From the NCBI GenBank assembly GCA_001599295.1, contig BCGN01000010.1, positions 124,001 through 188,000 on the forward strand: a stretch of DNA of 64,000 nucleotides. Direction: 5' to 3'. This stretch comes from Sporopachydermia quercuum (taxonomy: Eukaryota). A model generated the notes under the pieces. That model had not been told where the DNA came from. It did not search any database and saw only the letters and a list, made by a program, of their open reading frames with translations. A program made the translations under genes and the position numbers. Positions 22,595-36,228 of the stretch are shown here, one piece after another; the stretch's first letter is position 1; the number at the start of each line of letters is the position of its first letter.

Positions 22595-23746
22595 TTAAGC
22601 TGCCTCCTTCCCATCTTTGGATTCTTTCTGCTCCTTCTGCTCCTTCTGCTCCTTCGNTTCCTTTGGCCGTATTTCCTTCAGTTTGGCCTCTTTTGGTTCA
22701 ACTGTTGTTTCTTTTGAATCTTTGCCATCTTTTCCAGCCTTTGGATCCTTCTTTTCCTTGGAATCTTTAGTTTCCTTTGATTTATCTGATTGAGCTTTCT
22801 TTCTTCCTTTATTTTCGGTAGAAGCAGTGGCAGTTTTTCGTTTCCTCTTGACGTCAGGTCCACCGGCAGAATCTTTTCCAACCTTCCGTTTAGTTCCGTC
22901 GGCTCTTTCAATTGTTGCTTCTTGTCCTTCTTCAATGACAGGACCCCAATAGACAAAAAAACCATCTTTTGTAGCAGCAGCTTGCTCTTCCCAGTATAAT
23001 TCAGAATCGTCAATAAAAGGATCATTCACATCATATTTGCCTTCCACATTACGTTTCTTCCGAGTATTCTTCGATTCCTTATCTTTTTCCTTCTCATCAT
23101 CTTTCTCATCATCATCGTCAGAGATGTCGTCAAGATCAAGCTGATATTTGGTTCCAGCATGGACAGCATCCCAGCCGTATTTCTCTTCAGCCAGCTTTAA
23201 TACATTTACAATAGTTTGCGTTGGTGTTCCATCTTTTGATTTATCTAGTTGAATATCCAGCACAATCACTGGTTTATCTGTATCTGATTCAGTTGATTTA
23301 AGAATAGTTGATCCTGAAAGAAGACCTGGTAAATTTAAACGTTTTGTAGGAGCCTGAGCTTTCTTTCTGGGTTTTGCTTTCCCTTTCTGAGAAGACGATG
23401 ATACATCATTAGGGTCGGCTGTGTCTTTAGCAGTCTTAGCAATAGCATCTACTTGTGCCGGTGTTGCACCTGAAGTACTAATGGTAGGAGTTTGGTCGTC
23501 AGAGATCAATGACGATATAGATAGTGCGCCTGTCATGTTAGATTTGCTGATATTGTATGTATTCTTTTCTTAGGAGAAGAAATTAAAGGATGAGAGATAT
23601 ACAACCACGGTTTTGAGATATGTCCCATTAACCACGAGGATGATAGGAGATCAATAGAAATGAGTTTAACAACTAATCGGAACGGCTATTCAATGAATGG
23701 TCGTTGAAATTTGGTAGTTATCAAGTTACATACCTCTAGCTGCCAT
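22595..23746 (-). CDS. HPC2: HIR complex subunit Hpc2 (HUN domain), 315 aa, 2 exons
   Basis: Exons 23746-23734 and 23529-22595; intron GTATGT..TCTAACATGACAG; MAARGALSISSLIS..; GKYDVNDPFIDDSEL..KDGFFVYWGP. Confidence 0.88.
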
Positions 23747-24526
23747 TTCTCATAGATGAAGAAAGGGTGAGTCAGATAAGTACTCCAGCGATCGTCAGCT
23801 CCAGTGTAAGTGTATATTTCAATAGTATCGTAAATACCTTTAGTTAGTGCATAATTCTAATACAACAGATATAGTAAACACACGTCAAAGGAGATTCGAT
23901 CGTCAACATTCTTAAACAGGAACACCGTCAACAGAAATCAGTCTCTTTATTGCTTTCAATCGACTTATAACACCTTACCTATTCTCCAAATAAACAATAT
24001 CTTTCTGCTATTAGCTTCATCGCATTTGAGTCTTCTGAACCGCCCACCAGTATTTAATAATGATAACGTCAACAGAATTGCAACCTCAGTACATATGCGC
24101 TATCTGATTTGAGACGGGAAATGAATTGAATTGGGGGTAAATCTGGGGACTGTTAGGATGACAATGATTGTGGCCTGACAGGAATGGTGAAATGAAGGTG
24201 AAGAAGGTTAAAGTGAGCGTGGAGATAAGTGTAGGTGAGTGGGGACATGAGCGGTGGGAGGAGATGTGGATAGGGAGCTCAGGAGCATTTGATTGGATTC
24301 TAATTGAAAAACTGTGGAATGGTTGTATGAGTATATTTGGGATAATTTAAAAGCTGGTCAGTTAAAATACCTAGGGTATTGGGATAGTTGATATTGGCTT
24401 GGTTGAAGGCTATTTTCTGCAGTAGTACTTGGTGATATGATACCCAAACAGCAATAAAGCCTTCTGCCTCTTGAGTTATTTTTGAAGAACTGTAAATAAA
24501 GGAGTATTGATTAAACTTCAACAGAA

Positions 24527-25993
24527 ATGAATGGTATCAACAGGCTGAGAAGCCTGAAACCTGATTACAGGCTACTAGCGAAGTGCCATCGGAACAGGTT
24601 CCATACTTGTACACCACTGTTGTCCGAACTAAGCGATATGGATATCGACAAACTAATTGCAAGGGATCTAGACGTTGATATGGTATCGCCTTTTGACATT
24701 ACATCGCAATATATCAATGCTACACATTTTTATCAGAACACAGTTTTAAAAGACTGGGCATCTAAGGACCCACATGCTATTTCACTCAGACATCTTGCGT
24801 TCTTCGGCAAGAAGCTCACACCAGCTAAGCTAATTGCATCAGCCAACTTTGTGAGAACAGAACTACCTATCCGGATGGCTCATAGAATTAGGGAAATGCA
24901 GACTCTTCCTTTCGGTCTAGTGAACAATTATCATATGACAAGAGTATATCATATTCTATACAACTCATTTAACAACCTGCGAAAGTTCCCTCCAATTAAA
25001 ACGTTACAAGAAAATGATAAATTTTGTTTACTGCTGGATCAATTACTGAGAGAACATGTAACATCTCTACCTCACTTGATGATAGGCATATTAGAATGTG
25101 GATTGGAAAAATATGAATCGTTTCCAGGAGCGAGACTTGATGATTTTATCTCATTAGCTTTGAGAAGTCGTATTTCAAGACGTTTGATAGCTGAAGAACA
25201 TATTTCTTTCTCTGAAATGTTTAAAAGCAATCCCAATGACAACGGGCATAGACCCCCTGATTATATTGGAGAGATGTTCTTCAAATGTCCATTATTTGAA
25301 TCATTAACACGTTGTTCTAATATTGCAGCTGAATCCGTTAAACTTCTTTTCCCAGATGAGCCATTACCAGAGCTTATTATTGAAGGAGAAGATGTTACTT
25401 TCTCATTTATGCAGTCACATTTAGATTACGTTCTTGGTGAAGTTCTAAGGAACTCGTATGAAGCAAATGTTCGTCATAGTGTCATGAAGAATGGAAGAAA
25501 ATCAGGTATCACTCCAGGACAAGTTCAAATAGGTATTAGCATGGACGAAAAGCATATTTTTGTCAGAGTCAGTGATAATGGAGGAGGACTTGCAAGAGAA
25601 AGATTAGAAGAAGTTTGGAGTTTTGCTAAAGAAGTAGAAGAATGCCGAAGAATTATAAAATCGTTACAAGATCTTCCTGGAATGGATGAATTATTGAAGC
25701 CAGTTTATAATGACTTCCAGATTAATGGTTCAATAAGTGATCCTTTTGGTCAAATGGGACATATCTCAACAAGGGATGGCTCAGATCGTGATTCCCACGT
25801 ATCTTCGTTATCATCATTCACATATAGACACCCAAAATTTAGAATAGGATTGGGTCTACCTATGTGTAAGGTGTATACGGATTATTGGAACGGCTCAATT
25901 GACATGAAGAGCTTAGAAGGGTACGGATGTGATACAGTATTGAAACTGGCTAGACCTGGTGTTGACGAGAAGAATCAACTAGATAGAGCATGA
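24527..25993 (+). CDS. PKP2: Mitochondrial PDK/BCKDK-family protein kinase, 488 aa
   Basis: SANFVRTELPIRMAHRIREMQTLPF, RSRISRRLIAEEH, EVLRNS, VSDNGGG, GLGLPMCKVY. Confidence 0.88.
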   Translation: MNGINRLRSLKPDYRLLAKCHRNRFHTCTPLLSELSDMDIDKLIARDLDVDMVSPFDITSQYINATHFYQNTVLKDWASKDPHAISLRHLAFFGKKLTPAKLIASANFVRTELPIRMAHRIREMQTLPFGLVNNYHMTRVYHILYNSFNNLRKFPPIKTLQENDKFCLLLDQLLREHVTSLPHLMIGILECGLEKYESFPGARLDDFISLALRSRISRRLIAEEHISFSEMFKSNPNDNGHRPPDYIGEMFFKCPLFESLTRCSNIAAESVKLLFPDEPLPELIIEGEDVTFSFMQSHLDYVLGEVLRNSYEANVRHSVMKNGRKSGITPGQVQIGISMDEKHIFVRVSDNGGGLARERLEEVWSFAKEVEECRRIIKSLQDLPGMDELLKPVYNDFQINGSISDPFGQMGHISTRDGSDRDSHVSSLSSFTYRHPKFRIGLGLPMCKVYTDYWNGSIDMKSLEGYGCDTVLKLARPGVDEKNQLDRA

Positions 25994-26243
25994 GTAATGT
26001 TATTTCAGATGACGACGTGCATAGGTTAGGTTCTGCTTATTACTTGCTAATTGGTCTGACATATCATATTACGCTTATAGACCTGAGACTTCTAGAATGC
26101 ATATATGAACAAAAGGATAACTAAATAAATATAGATTGATGAATGACAAATAAATAAATATGTAGGGTTATTACACAAGACACTAGGAAAAATCATCTAT
26201 TCGAGATTAGAACAAAAAGATCACCAAGGATTGATTTATGTTA

Positions 26244-27007
26244 CTACAAAAATAGAAGACCTGTACCAACTAAGGCAGTAAGACCAAGAACAGTGTAACC
26301 AGTCTTGTAGACACCCTTAATTGTTAGTTCTCTGGCAGTATCCCAAATCAAATGTCTCACACCGTTAAAGACGTGGTAAGTGAAAGGATAAGAGAAAATA
26401 GCCTTCAGTCCGAGTTTAACAGCAAATGGAAGTCCTGCAATCAGGCCAACTAAAGAGGCAGAGTTGAATCCCAATCCCAAAAGATCTGAAGCAGCGTATG
26501 TGAGAGTTAAAGCATAGAATCCACCAGCTAAAATTACGCCAGTGATACGGTGGGCACCAGACATAACAAATGTGATTTGTTTCTTGTAGATGGAGATATG
26601 AGGGGAAATAGGTCTATTAATACGTTGAGCCTTCAAGATTTCTTGCTCTTCAGCATCAGAGGCATGAACAGTGCTAACAGCTCTAAATTCATTGATTAGT
26701 AAATGGTTCTCAGTCAACTTACTGCATATTATACTGATTACAATGGATACTCACCTTGCTTGAAAAGTGATCAATGGAGCAGCTCTCATAATAGGAGTCT
26801 TGAAAGCAGGTGCTAATAATTCGTTAGTTACTAATCATACATTGTAATACCGGTTACTACATCTTCTTGTTCTTCCAGTGAACTAACCAATTCTAGTAGA
26901 ATAATAAGAAACCGCTGTTTCTCGTATAGCCAATCACAAGACTCTGTCAATCACAACATATTATATTACATACCTCTCAAGATTGAACAAGTTCTGTAAG
27001 CCAACAT
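26244..27007 (-). CDS. SDH3: Succinate dehydrogenase cytochrome b subunit, 176 aa, 3 exons
   Basis: Exons 27007-26974, 26812-26755, 26682-26244 (531 nt); presequence MLAYRTCSILRAPAFK..; NRPISPHISIY, HRITG, HVFNGVRHLIWD. Confidence 0.95.
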
Positions 27008-28166
27008 CGTGTATACTATTCTCAGTCCTCTAAATCAAATGTATGGTTACCTAGAATATATACTAAACAGTAGTACAAAAAATCCTTGTTTGGACTCTCA
27101 TATAATTTACTTTCTAATGTAGTAGTGATGGTGATGGATGTTATCCCGCATAGAAAGCTCTCTAATAAAGAGAAAATGGGGAACAGAAAATGGAGTATCA
27201 GATTTCCGTATAGAGAGTATACTTAAAATATTATTCGCAAGAAGAGTTTATATCTGGGGAAAAGGAGAGAGATAGGGTCTGTATAAAAAAATGATGGAGG
27301 ATAGACATTATAGAAGGATCTAGCTTGCTTACCGATTTCTTCCGGTGGGCGAGGTTTTAAAATCATTGCACCCGTAAACCTATGAATACGCTAAACGAAG
27401 ACCCTTTTCTCAAAATGGTGGTATTTGTGTAATATACTTTTGCTTTGTTTCTATTGGTTATCGGACAATATTCGGATAGTAAAAGAATCTACTGGTTATG
27501 TGAATACCCCCTCGTTTTGTTGTTATCTCATTTATTAATTATCATATATTTTTATTTAGAACTTGGTCCATAATCTAATTGCATACTGGAGGTCTGTATA
27601 GCAATAATAATAAAATTTCTATCTCTAAGCTCAATTTTTCATTTAAAACCAATGATTTGTTCCATGCATTCACGATCAGCTTTATCCCATTGGCTCTGGT
27701 AAATGTCTGAGTTAATATTCGATGTAGATGCAACTGAGATGAGATGTGAAATCAGGTTGTCTGTCCTTAAAAGCTTTCAAATTAGCTGTCTGGTGTTACC
27801 ATTGTTGGGACTAATCGAAGTGAAATTTAAGTATCGATGATCCAGAGTAGATAAGGAAATAGGTGATAAACCAAGTGATTATATTGTTGAGAAGATATTT
27901 CATTTCTCACTATTGAAGGGATCTGTTACGAAGGTTTTATGAATCTTTGGCTACAGGTATGATATTATATTACTAAATTACAGATTTGGTTTCAATCTAA
28001 AACACATTTTCAGGACCAAAACGATGCTATACAACTAAGCAATAATTGGTGTTCCCAATCTAATTCATATGTAGCTTTCTTATAACCAAATAAAATATAT
28101 ATAACCAACCTACCAATATCTAACTTAACCCGTAAAGCCTATGTAATTAATGAATACTACTGAAAT

Positions 28167-28809
28167 TCAAATCTCAAATAAACCCTGAATACCCCTGGAA
28201 AANGTTGAAGCACCCCCATCTAATGTTCCTGTAATAAGATAACCAATTTGAGCCACTTTACTTGGACTTCTTCTTGTTGATCCATCCCAATTTGTTAAAG
28301 AAGGGATCAGTGTTGGATCAGAGTCTACCAATACATAATCATTAAGATCATAGTGGTTTGCACTTTCATCGTGGCTGCTCGTGGTCTTCCTTATAACTGG
28401 CCTTTCCTCTGTGATTTCTTCCGCTGTTGGTTGATTCTCATCCAACAATTGAGAGGGATATAAAACATTATTGGTGATTTTATCTGAACCAGTCACCGTT
28501 TGGATATGTGATGCTGTGACCCAATTTCCATCAATAATAAACTTGAACTGAATCTCCTCTCTGGGTAAATTATCCACACATAGTTCAAAAGCCTTTGATA
28601 ATTTGTTTAGTCGGATAAGCTCCCAATTATTAAAAGTNCCAGCAATGAACACCTCTTGAGGTGCATTGTTGTTTTCAATGGGCCTATAATGTTAGTATTA
28701 CCATTCATTTGTAGTATGAAAGAAACTGGACACAACAAGCCTCAGCTCTCCTATCAGCAACAGGACCCGTTTTCGTGTGTCAAACTTACCACGTAAATAG
28801 GTATTTCAT
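28167..28809 (-). CDS. AMPK-beta-type glycogen-binding (CBM48) protein, Mdg1/Crp1-like, 178 aa, 2 exons
   Basis: Exons 28809-28790 and 28683-28167; intron GTAAGT..TACTAACATTATAG; MKYLFTWP..EVFIAGTFNNW..QFKFIIDGNW..NNVL. Confidence 0.85.
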
Positions 28810-30388
28810 TGGTATGTTTTATAAAATACATATATCAGACAAATCAAAATAGTGATTTAATCTATTTTTTGCTTAGTTGATTTAATCTTTTAGGAGTCAT
28901 GATTATGTTTGAAAGAAAACAAAATTGATTTCTAGAAATCAAGTAGGAAAAAGTATAAAAAGAGAGGAATGAAATAAAAGTAATGTTTCACTTGCTAAAA
29001 GTTAGCTAATTACTGTTTTAGCCAAATGGCATTTTCTGTTACATCGCGCGTATAAAAATAAATTGGTTTCTACGATATAATTATTATTGGAGTGTTTTCT
29101 TTCTTTCTTAAGCTAGATTTACCAATCAGGATCTTCAAGATTGATTTACTATTTGATTCGGTTTAAGGAAATTATATTTAATATAGAGAGATGTTCTTTT
29201 GGTTTGATCAATAATTTATTTGGCTGATAGTTTTTCTTCAATTGGTTGACTGTATAATTAAAGGACGGTGCAAAAGAAACTACACCATTTCCCCTTGAAC
29301 AAAAAGAGACATTAATCTGTTTACGCTAAGTTTTAGTTAAAACAGAGAGAATTTCCTTTTCATCCTCTTTTCTCATTCGGTCAATTTTTTCTAGTTTTGT
29401 GTGGCCAATCTTCTTTGTTTGTTTTGATTCTTCTTGACTATGTATCATCCTATTCTTTAAACGAAGCCAGACAAACAACAAGACCAATTGAGAATTGATA
29501 GAACACTTTCCTTTATACTTTCAGCATGTTAGCGGCTTGAAAGTATGTAGGAATAGGTGCTCAATACATTGCATTTCTTTGTCTATCATGTACTTTTCCT
29601 GATCGTTATATTTTTTCACATCTTCATAATAATCAAAATTTACTCATACATTTTTCTTATCAGACAAGAAGAGGCACAAGAAACAATAAAGTTTAATTGA
29701 TTATCCGTAATGAGATATATGCTTTGACCAACTAAAACAGCAGTTTAGGAGAATCAAGCAAACTAATTCAGTAATAAAACCCATTGGTAGTTATCCTAGA
29801 AATTATTATTTATATTATTATCTGCTTTACACATATATACAAATTCACAGCATAATAGGTACTGTTCATGAATTCTAGGAAAGTAAACTTGAACTTAATT
29901 ATACCAACTTCATGCCGATCGAACAGATAGTATTGATTTGTATATGCAAGATGCTGCAGAGTAGCCATATTTGGATTATGATTTCAGTTGTATGCAATTC
30001 AATTATATTACTAATTTTGGACCATGAATTAATGATGGTTAACGTGTGTTCACAATTAATGATGATGACGAATGAATGGTGAATCCAGATTTAGTGATCT
30101 GCTTGTAGTGAAGGATGAGAAAATACAAGAACCTTTGCTATCGCCAAGGATATAATCGATTGTTCAGTTCTTATAGAGCTTTTAAATATAGTAATTTGAC
30201 ATCAGGTAGTAAATCTTTCAACTAATAAGGTGAACAGATTAGGACTGTATGACAACCAGTTTTCACAGTGGGTTGATTGATCTAGAATCAAGAACTGCTT
30301 GATTTACTGACTGACATAGGATATAATAAAAGCTGACTTCTGAGCGACGATTTCAACCATAATAGCAATCAAAAACAGTTCAAAAAGC

Positions 30389-31802
30389 TTACATAGCTTC
30401 TAAATATTTCCGTAGTCTTGTCAATGACATTCTAGGGTATTCTTCATCTTCCTTGATAGGAAAAATATAGAATTTTGGATTCTCAGTCAAATTTGGAGAG
30501 AGTGTTTGGAAAGATTCATGGCTTTCGGATAGAGCAATAGTGTCGTGTCCTGTTTTCGCTACTTTCTCCTTACTGGCTTTATGAACAAAGTCTTTGAAAA
30601 TTTCCACTTGTTCCTTCTTGGGTTTCTTCAATACTACAACCAATGTGTTAGTTAATCCTACTTGCATTCTGCTCAATTAATGTGTCAAAATGAACTTACT
30701 TGAAGTCAATCCTCGAAACAAGGACTCTTTCTCTACCTCTGTCAAAGACAATTGATTAATTTGTAAGGACTCTCGAAATGCGCGTTTGAAATCGATATAA
30801 AAGGGTGTCTTTTTGATATCTAGGTTCTTCCGAACAAATACTAAAAACTTTGTAGCATCCTGTGAACAATTAGTTAGAAATGAGGTTAATAGAATTCGTT
30901 AAAAACATATTCTTGATAGACAGATATACAGTCTTGACCATCTTCTTCCTCTGTACGTGCACTTACGGAGATATCATTATTTTGAGAGTCCTTCCCTTCC
31001 TGTTTCTCTATCTCTTCTTTAGCCCAATCATTGAAGAACTGTCTTCTTTGTTTATCACTTTCTGCCATAATATATAATTCAGAATCTGATATCTTCTTCA
31101 ACTCTGTAGCCCATAAGCCGTATGGATTTACGTTATACTCTGCAAATAATTGGTAGAAACTGTTCTTCATTGATTCATCGTCTACCTGCTTCACTAATTC
31201 ATCTGGGTTGTCACCGTCATCGTCTTCCTCCATAAGCTCCATAAACTCTGTATCAGATATGTTATTCTCCGACAATCCGCTTTCCTCCTGGGAATCTTCT
31301 TTGGAATCCTCCTCTGATAATTCCTCCGATTCTTCAGATTCTGGTTTCGTTTGGCCTCTGACATTCTCTATCGTCTCAACAATACCAGATTCCTTAAAAT
31401 TTGGTTCTTCCTGAATATTTCTCGTCATATACTCTTTGCTCTCAGCATCAGTTGTAACATTTATGTATTGCTGTAAGATCTCATATGACGTTCTTGCTGC
31501 TGCTATCGTTTCTATCACTGTATCTCTATCCAACTCTAAGAGACTCCTCAAGACATTCTCAGAAGGTGATGACCAAAACGATATGCCTGTTTCCACATTG
31601 TGTAGAAAAGGCCTTCCATTATCTTGTATTACCAAAATCCAAGGTTTTTCTGAAAGTTCAAGACTAAATCAACGGCGCTGGTTAGTCAAAATACTGGTTT
31701 ATAGATTATGACCTACAACTCAGACTGAGAGAAGATACGGTTCACCATCATACTTGCTTACACTTTCTTAGGTCTGATTTTTCGAGACTTTCGATTCATC
31801 AT
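30389..31802 (-). CDS. URN1: WW-like/FF-domain splicing-associated protein, Urn1-like, 380 aa, 4 exons
   Basis: Exons 31802-31762, 31663-30967, 30859-30700, 30633-30389 (1143 nt, phases compatible, all introns GTAAG..ACTAA[CT]..YAG); PWILV..GRPFLHN..SFW and FF-like FYQLFAEYNVNPYGLW..RRQFFNDW. Confidence 0.8.
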
Positions 31803-32273
31803 AACGCCAACTCCCAATATCCAATATTTCGTCTCGAAATTGACATTTTCCTTTGTATTAAAACGATGGAAGACCCACTGACATGATTGTACTAACCATT
31901 CACTTGCTTTTCATTGCATCTGTGCTTCTTTCATCGATTAGATTTTCAATCATCACATCAATCCCATAGTTATTAATCAGTTACTGAGATGAGATGAGGT
32001 GAGATGTTTGGAATGGCAAACTTCTGTAGGGTAGTCTGAGGATTCTTTGTGCNTTTGAAGGGGGTTGACAGAAGATTCATTTCACCTTATTGAGGCAAAT
32101 TGGAATTGATCACCAAATTTACGGAGACAGATACATTGATTGACATTATCACAATACAGTTCGTTCAAATGAATTGGTTCTTACTAACCTTCAAGACTAC
32201 CAATTGGTAACAAGTTATAGTTGAAACTGATATATTGGAAAAAGGAATTGTTAATTGACTATTATTAAGATAG

Positions 32274-33296
<1,023 letters not shown>

Positions 33297-33832
33297 TCGA
33301 TTCTTATCGGTGGAAATTTACTTATGTTTAATAATGATTGTACGAGCAAAACATCGATTTAATAGGCTGTTAGTATAAGATAAGGAGGAGCAATTAAGCA
33401 CCGTTCAATAGTATACATAGAATTTCCAGCAACCTTCCCAATAAATATTAGACATACTACATTTCCATTGGCTCGTTATTTATATTATCTATTCTGTATC
33501 TCCAACAATTCTAGAATAATTTATAGCATTTTGAATGTTCTTGGAAATCTGCAACTTTTCTCTTGTCCCATTATAGGTGTTATTTATGTGTGACTCTCAT
33601 TGCACCGACCACAAAAACTCCATATAAGATTTCTAAAAAAAGAGGTTCATTAGACATATCATGATTTTCTTGATGACTTTCTATTGATTAGCTGATTATT
33701 TTGACAGATTACTGGTCAGCTAGTGAAGATATATTAAATGATGTTGAACAATCGGCTCTGACTGAATTGAATTGAAAATTGACTTTAAAATGCGTCTAAT
33801 ATAACATTCTAATAGGATATAATCAGTAAACA

Positions 33833-34431
33833 ATGAGGTATGTAGAAATGAGTTCTTGTTTGAGTATGTGGTCATTCACGACTTGATAGAATGTATGTTT
33901 GATAACGCATAGTTGAGATATTCATATTGATGGAATGGTCTGAAATGGGTTTTCTCAGTATTTTTTTTCAATTAGTTTTGTTGCGAAGTTGTCTAACTGA
34001 ATGTTAGATCATTTGTTAGAGTAGGTGACCAGCCTTTGGGATATGTAACGCCTAAGTTTCCTTCTCTTCATTGGCCTTTCCATGATGAGATGTATGAGCT
34101 GTCCTTTTTATTTTACACATTTGATATATGGAAGTTTACGGTATTATGGACAATAATATTCTTCTTAGCGTTTTATGGGGCTGCTGGATTGTTAGCATGG
34201 TATAATCAACGGAAAACCGTAAAATTGTATGGAGCTCTGATTGTTTTCTCATATATTGTTATTGGCGCTTTTCAGGGAATGGTTAGCGGAACCATTGTTG
34301 GATTGCTGTTATCTGCAGTTTATAAAGCAGGGCTTTTTTCCATGTCAACATGGATTCCAATGACATGGGGAGCTGTGCAGATATTTTACGTGGTGCTATC
34401 AAGTTACTCTATGATGAGTGTGATTATGTAA
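33833..34431 (+). CDS. MAY24: Small ER membrane protein, May24/YPR153W-like, 142 aa, 2 exons
   Basis: 5-nt exon ATGAG 33833-33837, intron GTATGT..TCTAAC..TTAG, exon 34008-34431; PLGYVTPKFPSL, DIWKFTVLWT, YKAGLFSMSTWIP. Confidence 0.85.
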
Positions 34432-34858
34432 TGCAGGAAGTTAGCATTTGAATATTTTATCAAGGAGTTTTGAATATTTATGTCATGGGTTTTAATGCGG
34501 CTTGGGGTTAGATTAATTCTTTTGAAATAATGTGTTGCATTCAGAAGTATACTATAAATGATTACTTACTATTATCAAGGTTATTTAAGCTTGTTTGGAA
34601 CCAGTGATGTACAAGCAGAAAATTGTAAGGAATGAAAAATGTTGGGGATTAATTCATTATTATTAGTATAATGAGATAAAAACAAGATCGGAACCAAAGT
34701 TGAATTAAGAAGTATTAAGACTGCAAAAGATAAAAATTAGACATTAAACCGAACAACAAGAAAAAATCATGTTCAATAAACCCAATAAATTATTAAAGTA
34801 TTAATCTAAAAGCACTAAATTCATAAATCATGAAGAAAAGATCGCAACATATCATAGA

Positions 34859-36228
34859 TTAAATCTCACTGATGAATGTAGCTTCTGAATAACTAATACC
34901 TTTCTCAGTAAATTTTTCTTCTGGTGTATTTACATTCACTTCCATTTCATTACAAAACTGATAAATGAAAGGTCTGGCTCCTGCAACACCTGAAACAACT
35001 TTTTTGACAAGCATAGGTATCTCTGACATGACATCCACTCTTTCAACAATAGTTGACAAATCACCTTTAACTACAGTACTAACCAAATGAGCTTCATCTG
35101 CAGGATCGTAAGAGTCGTCACCTTTCTTTTTCACGTAAGTGACTTCTGGACCTTTGAATGAGAATTCAATACCTTTGGGAACAGGCCAACCAACATCATC
35201 TTCAACAGAGCCTGAATGGGTAGCCTTGTTATCAATCGAGGCGGCAAGAACTTTATCGTCTTTTACTACCACACCAATAGTAACAGTAGTTGTACCATAA
35301 GAAGGAGGAGTAGTGAACTCCATTTGGACAGCAGAGATTGTGGGTCCTTGGAAATTGAGGAAATTCCATCTAGCAGCTGCGTGATGTGGCTTCATACCTT
35401 GTAACGCCATAACAAACATACAAAGCGCATCAGTAAACTCAATGTTAAAATGATCATATTCCTTTACTTCTTGATCTAACTCAGAATCATAACGAACAAT
35501 GTCATAACCATCTTCATCTTTTTTAGGAAAGCCTAAAACAATTGTGCCTTCGCATTTATTTCTAGGCCAGAAAATATGACGCATAGTTCCCCATGCATTA
35601 GTTATATCGTCGCCTTCTCCGTACCATGTCACGCCATCATCGCCTACTTTGAACGAAGGAGATATTTTTGTGATCTTCAAATCCACAATTGATTCAGGGC
35701 AGACGTGGGATTTGATGTTATAAATGCTGTTTGGTTCATCTAATTCTATTGAAAAGTTCTTAGCATAAAAATTATTACCGTCAATTCTAAAATCTTCTAG
35801 CTTGGTTGAGGTCCACAAACAATTGTCTTTGATTGTTGGATGGAAAATTCGGAATGTGAATTGAGCGGTTGTATGAACCCCCATAACATTCGAATGAATT
35901 ACTTGGGCGAATCCGACATGACCGGTAGATAAATTAGTGAAGTAAAAAGTTTGTGTTTCAACATTAGTTCCCTCCGGACTTATCCACTCAAAATCATGAG
36001 TTGTGGCTTCTGAATAGGGATTTGATCCAATTACTTTGTCGGTGATAGGATGAAATGCTTCTCTGCCATATACCGGCTCTGCTGTTCCAGCTACTGCAGC
36101 AATGCTATACCACTGTTAGTATGAATTGACAAAACGAAGATGATCCGCCCACAGAAGGTTGTTGATAATAAATGATTAGTCAATCGACCTCAAATCTTAA
36201 CATACCTGCCTTGGACCCATTTCAACAT
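34859..36228 (-). CDS. SVF1: Survival factor Svf1, 422 aa, 2 exons
   Basis: Exons 36228-36206 and 36104-34859; MLKWVQGSIAAVAGTAEPVYG; QGMKPHHAAARWNFLNFQ, MEFTTPPSYG, SEATFIS. Confidence 0.95.

Noticed and set aside
26813..26973. Possible 5-nt micro-exon (TAG-aattg-GTTAGT) within SDH3 intron 1
   Set aside because: Inclusion breaks the frame, no good upstream branch point, and the single-intron model already gives a correct protein
31664..31761. ATGATGG...CTGA in URN1 intron 1 as a C/D snoRNA
   Set aside because: Box C is imperfect and the box spacing (~25 nt) is too short
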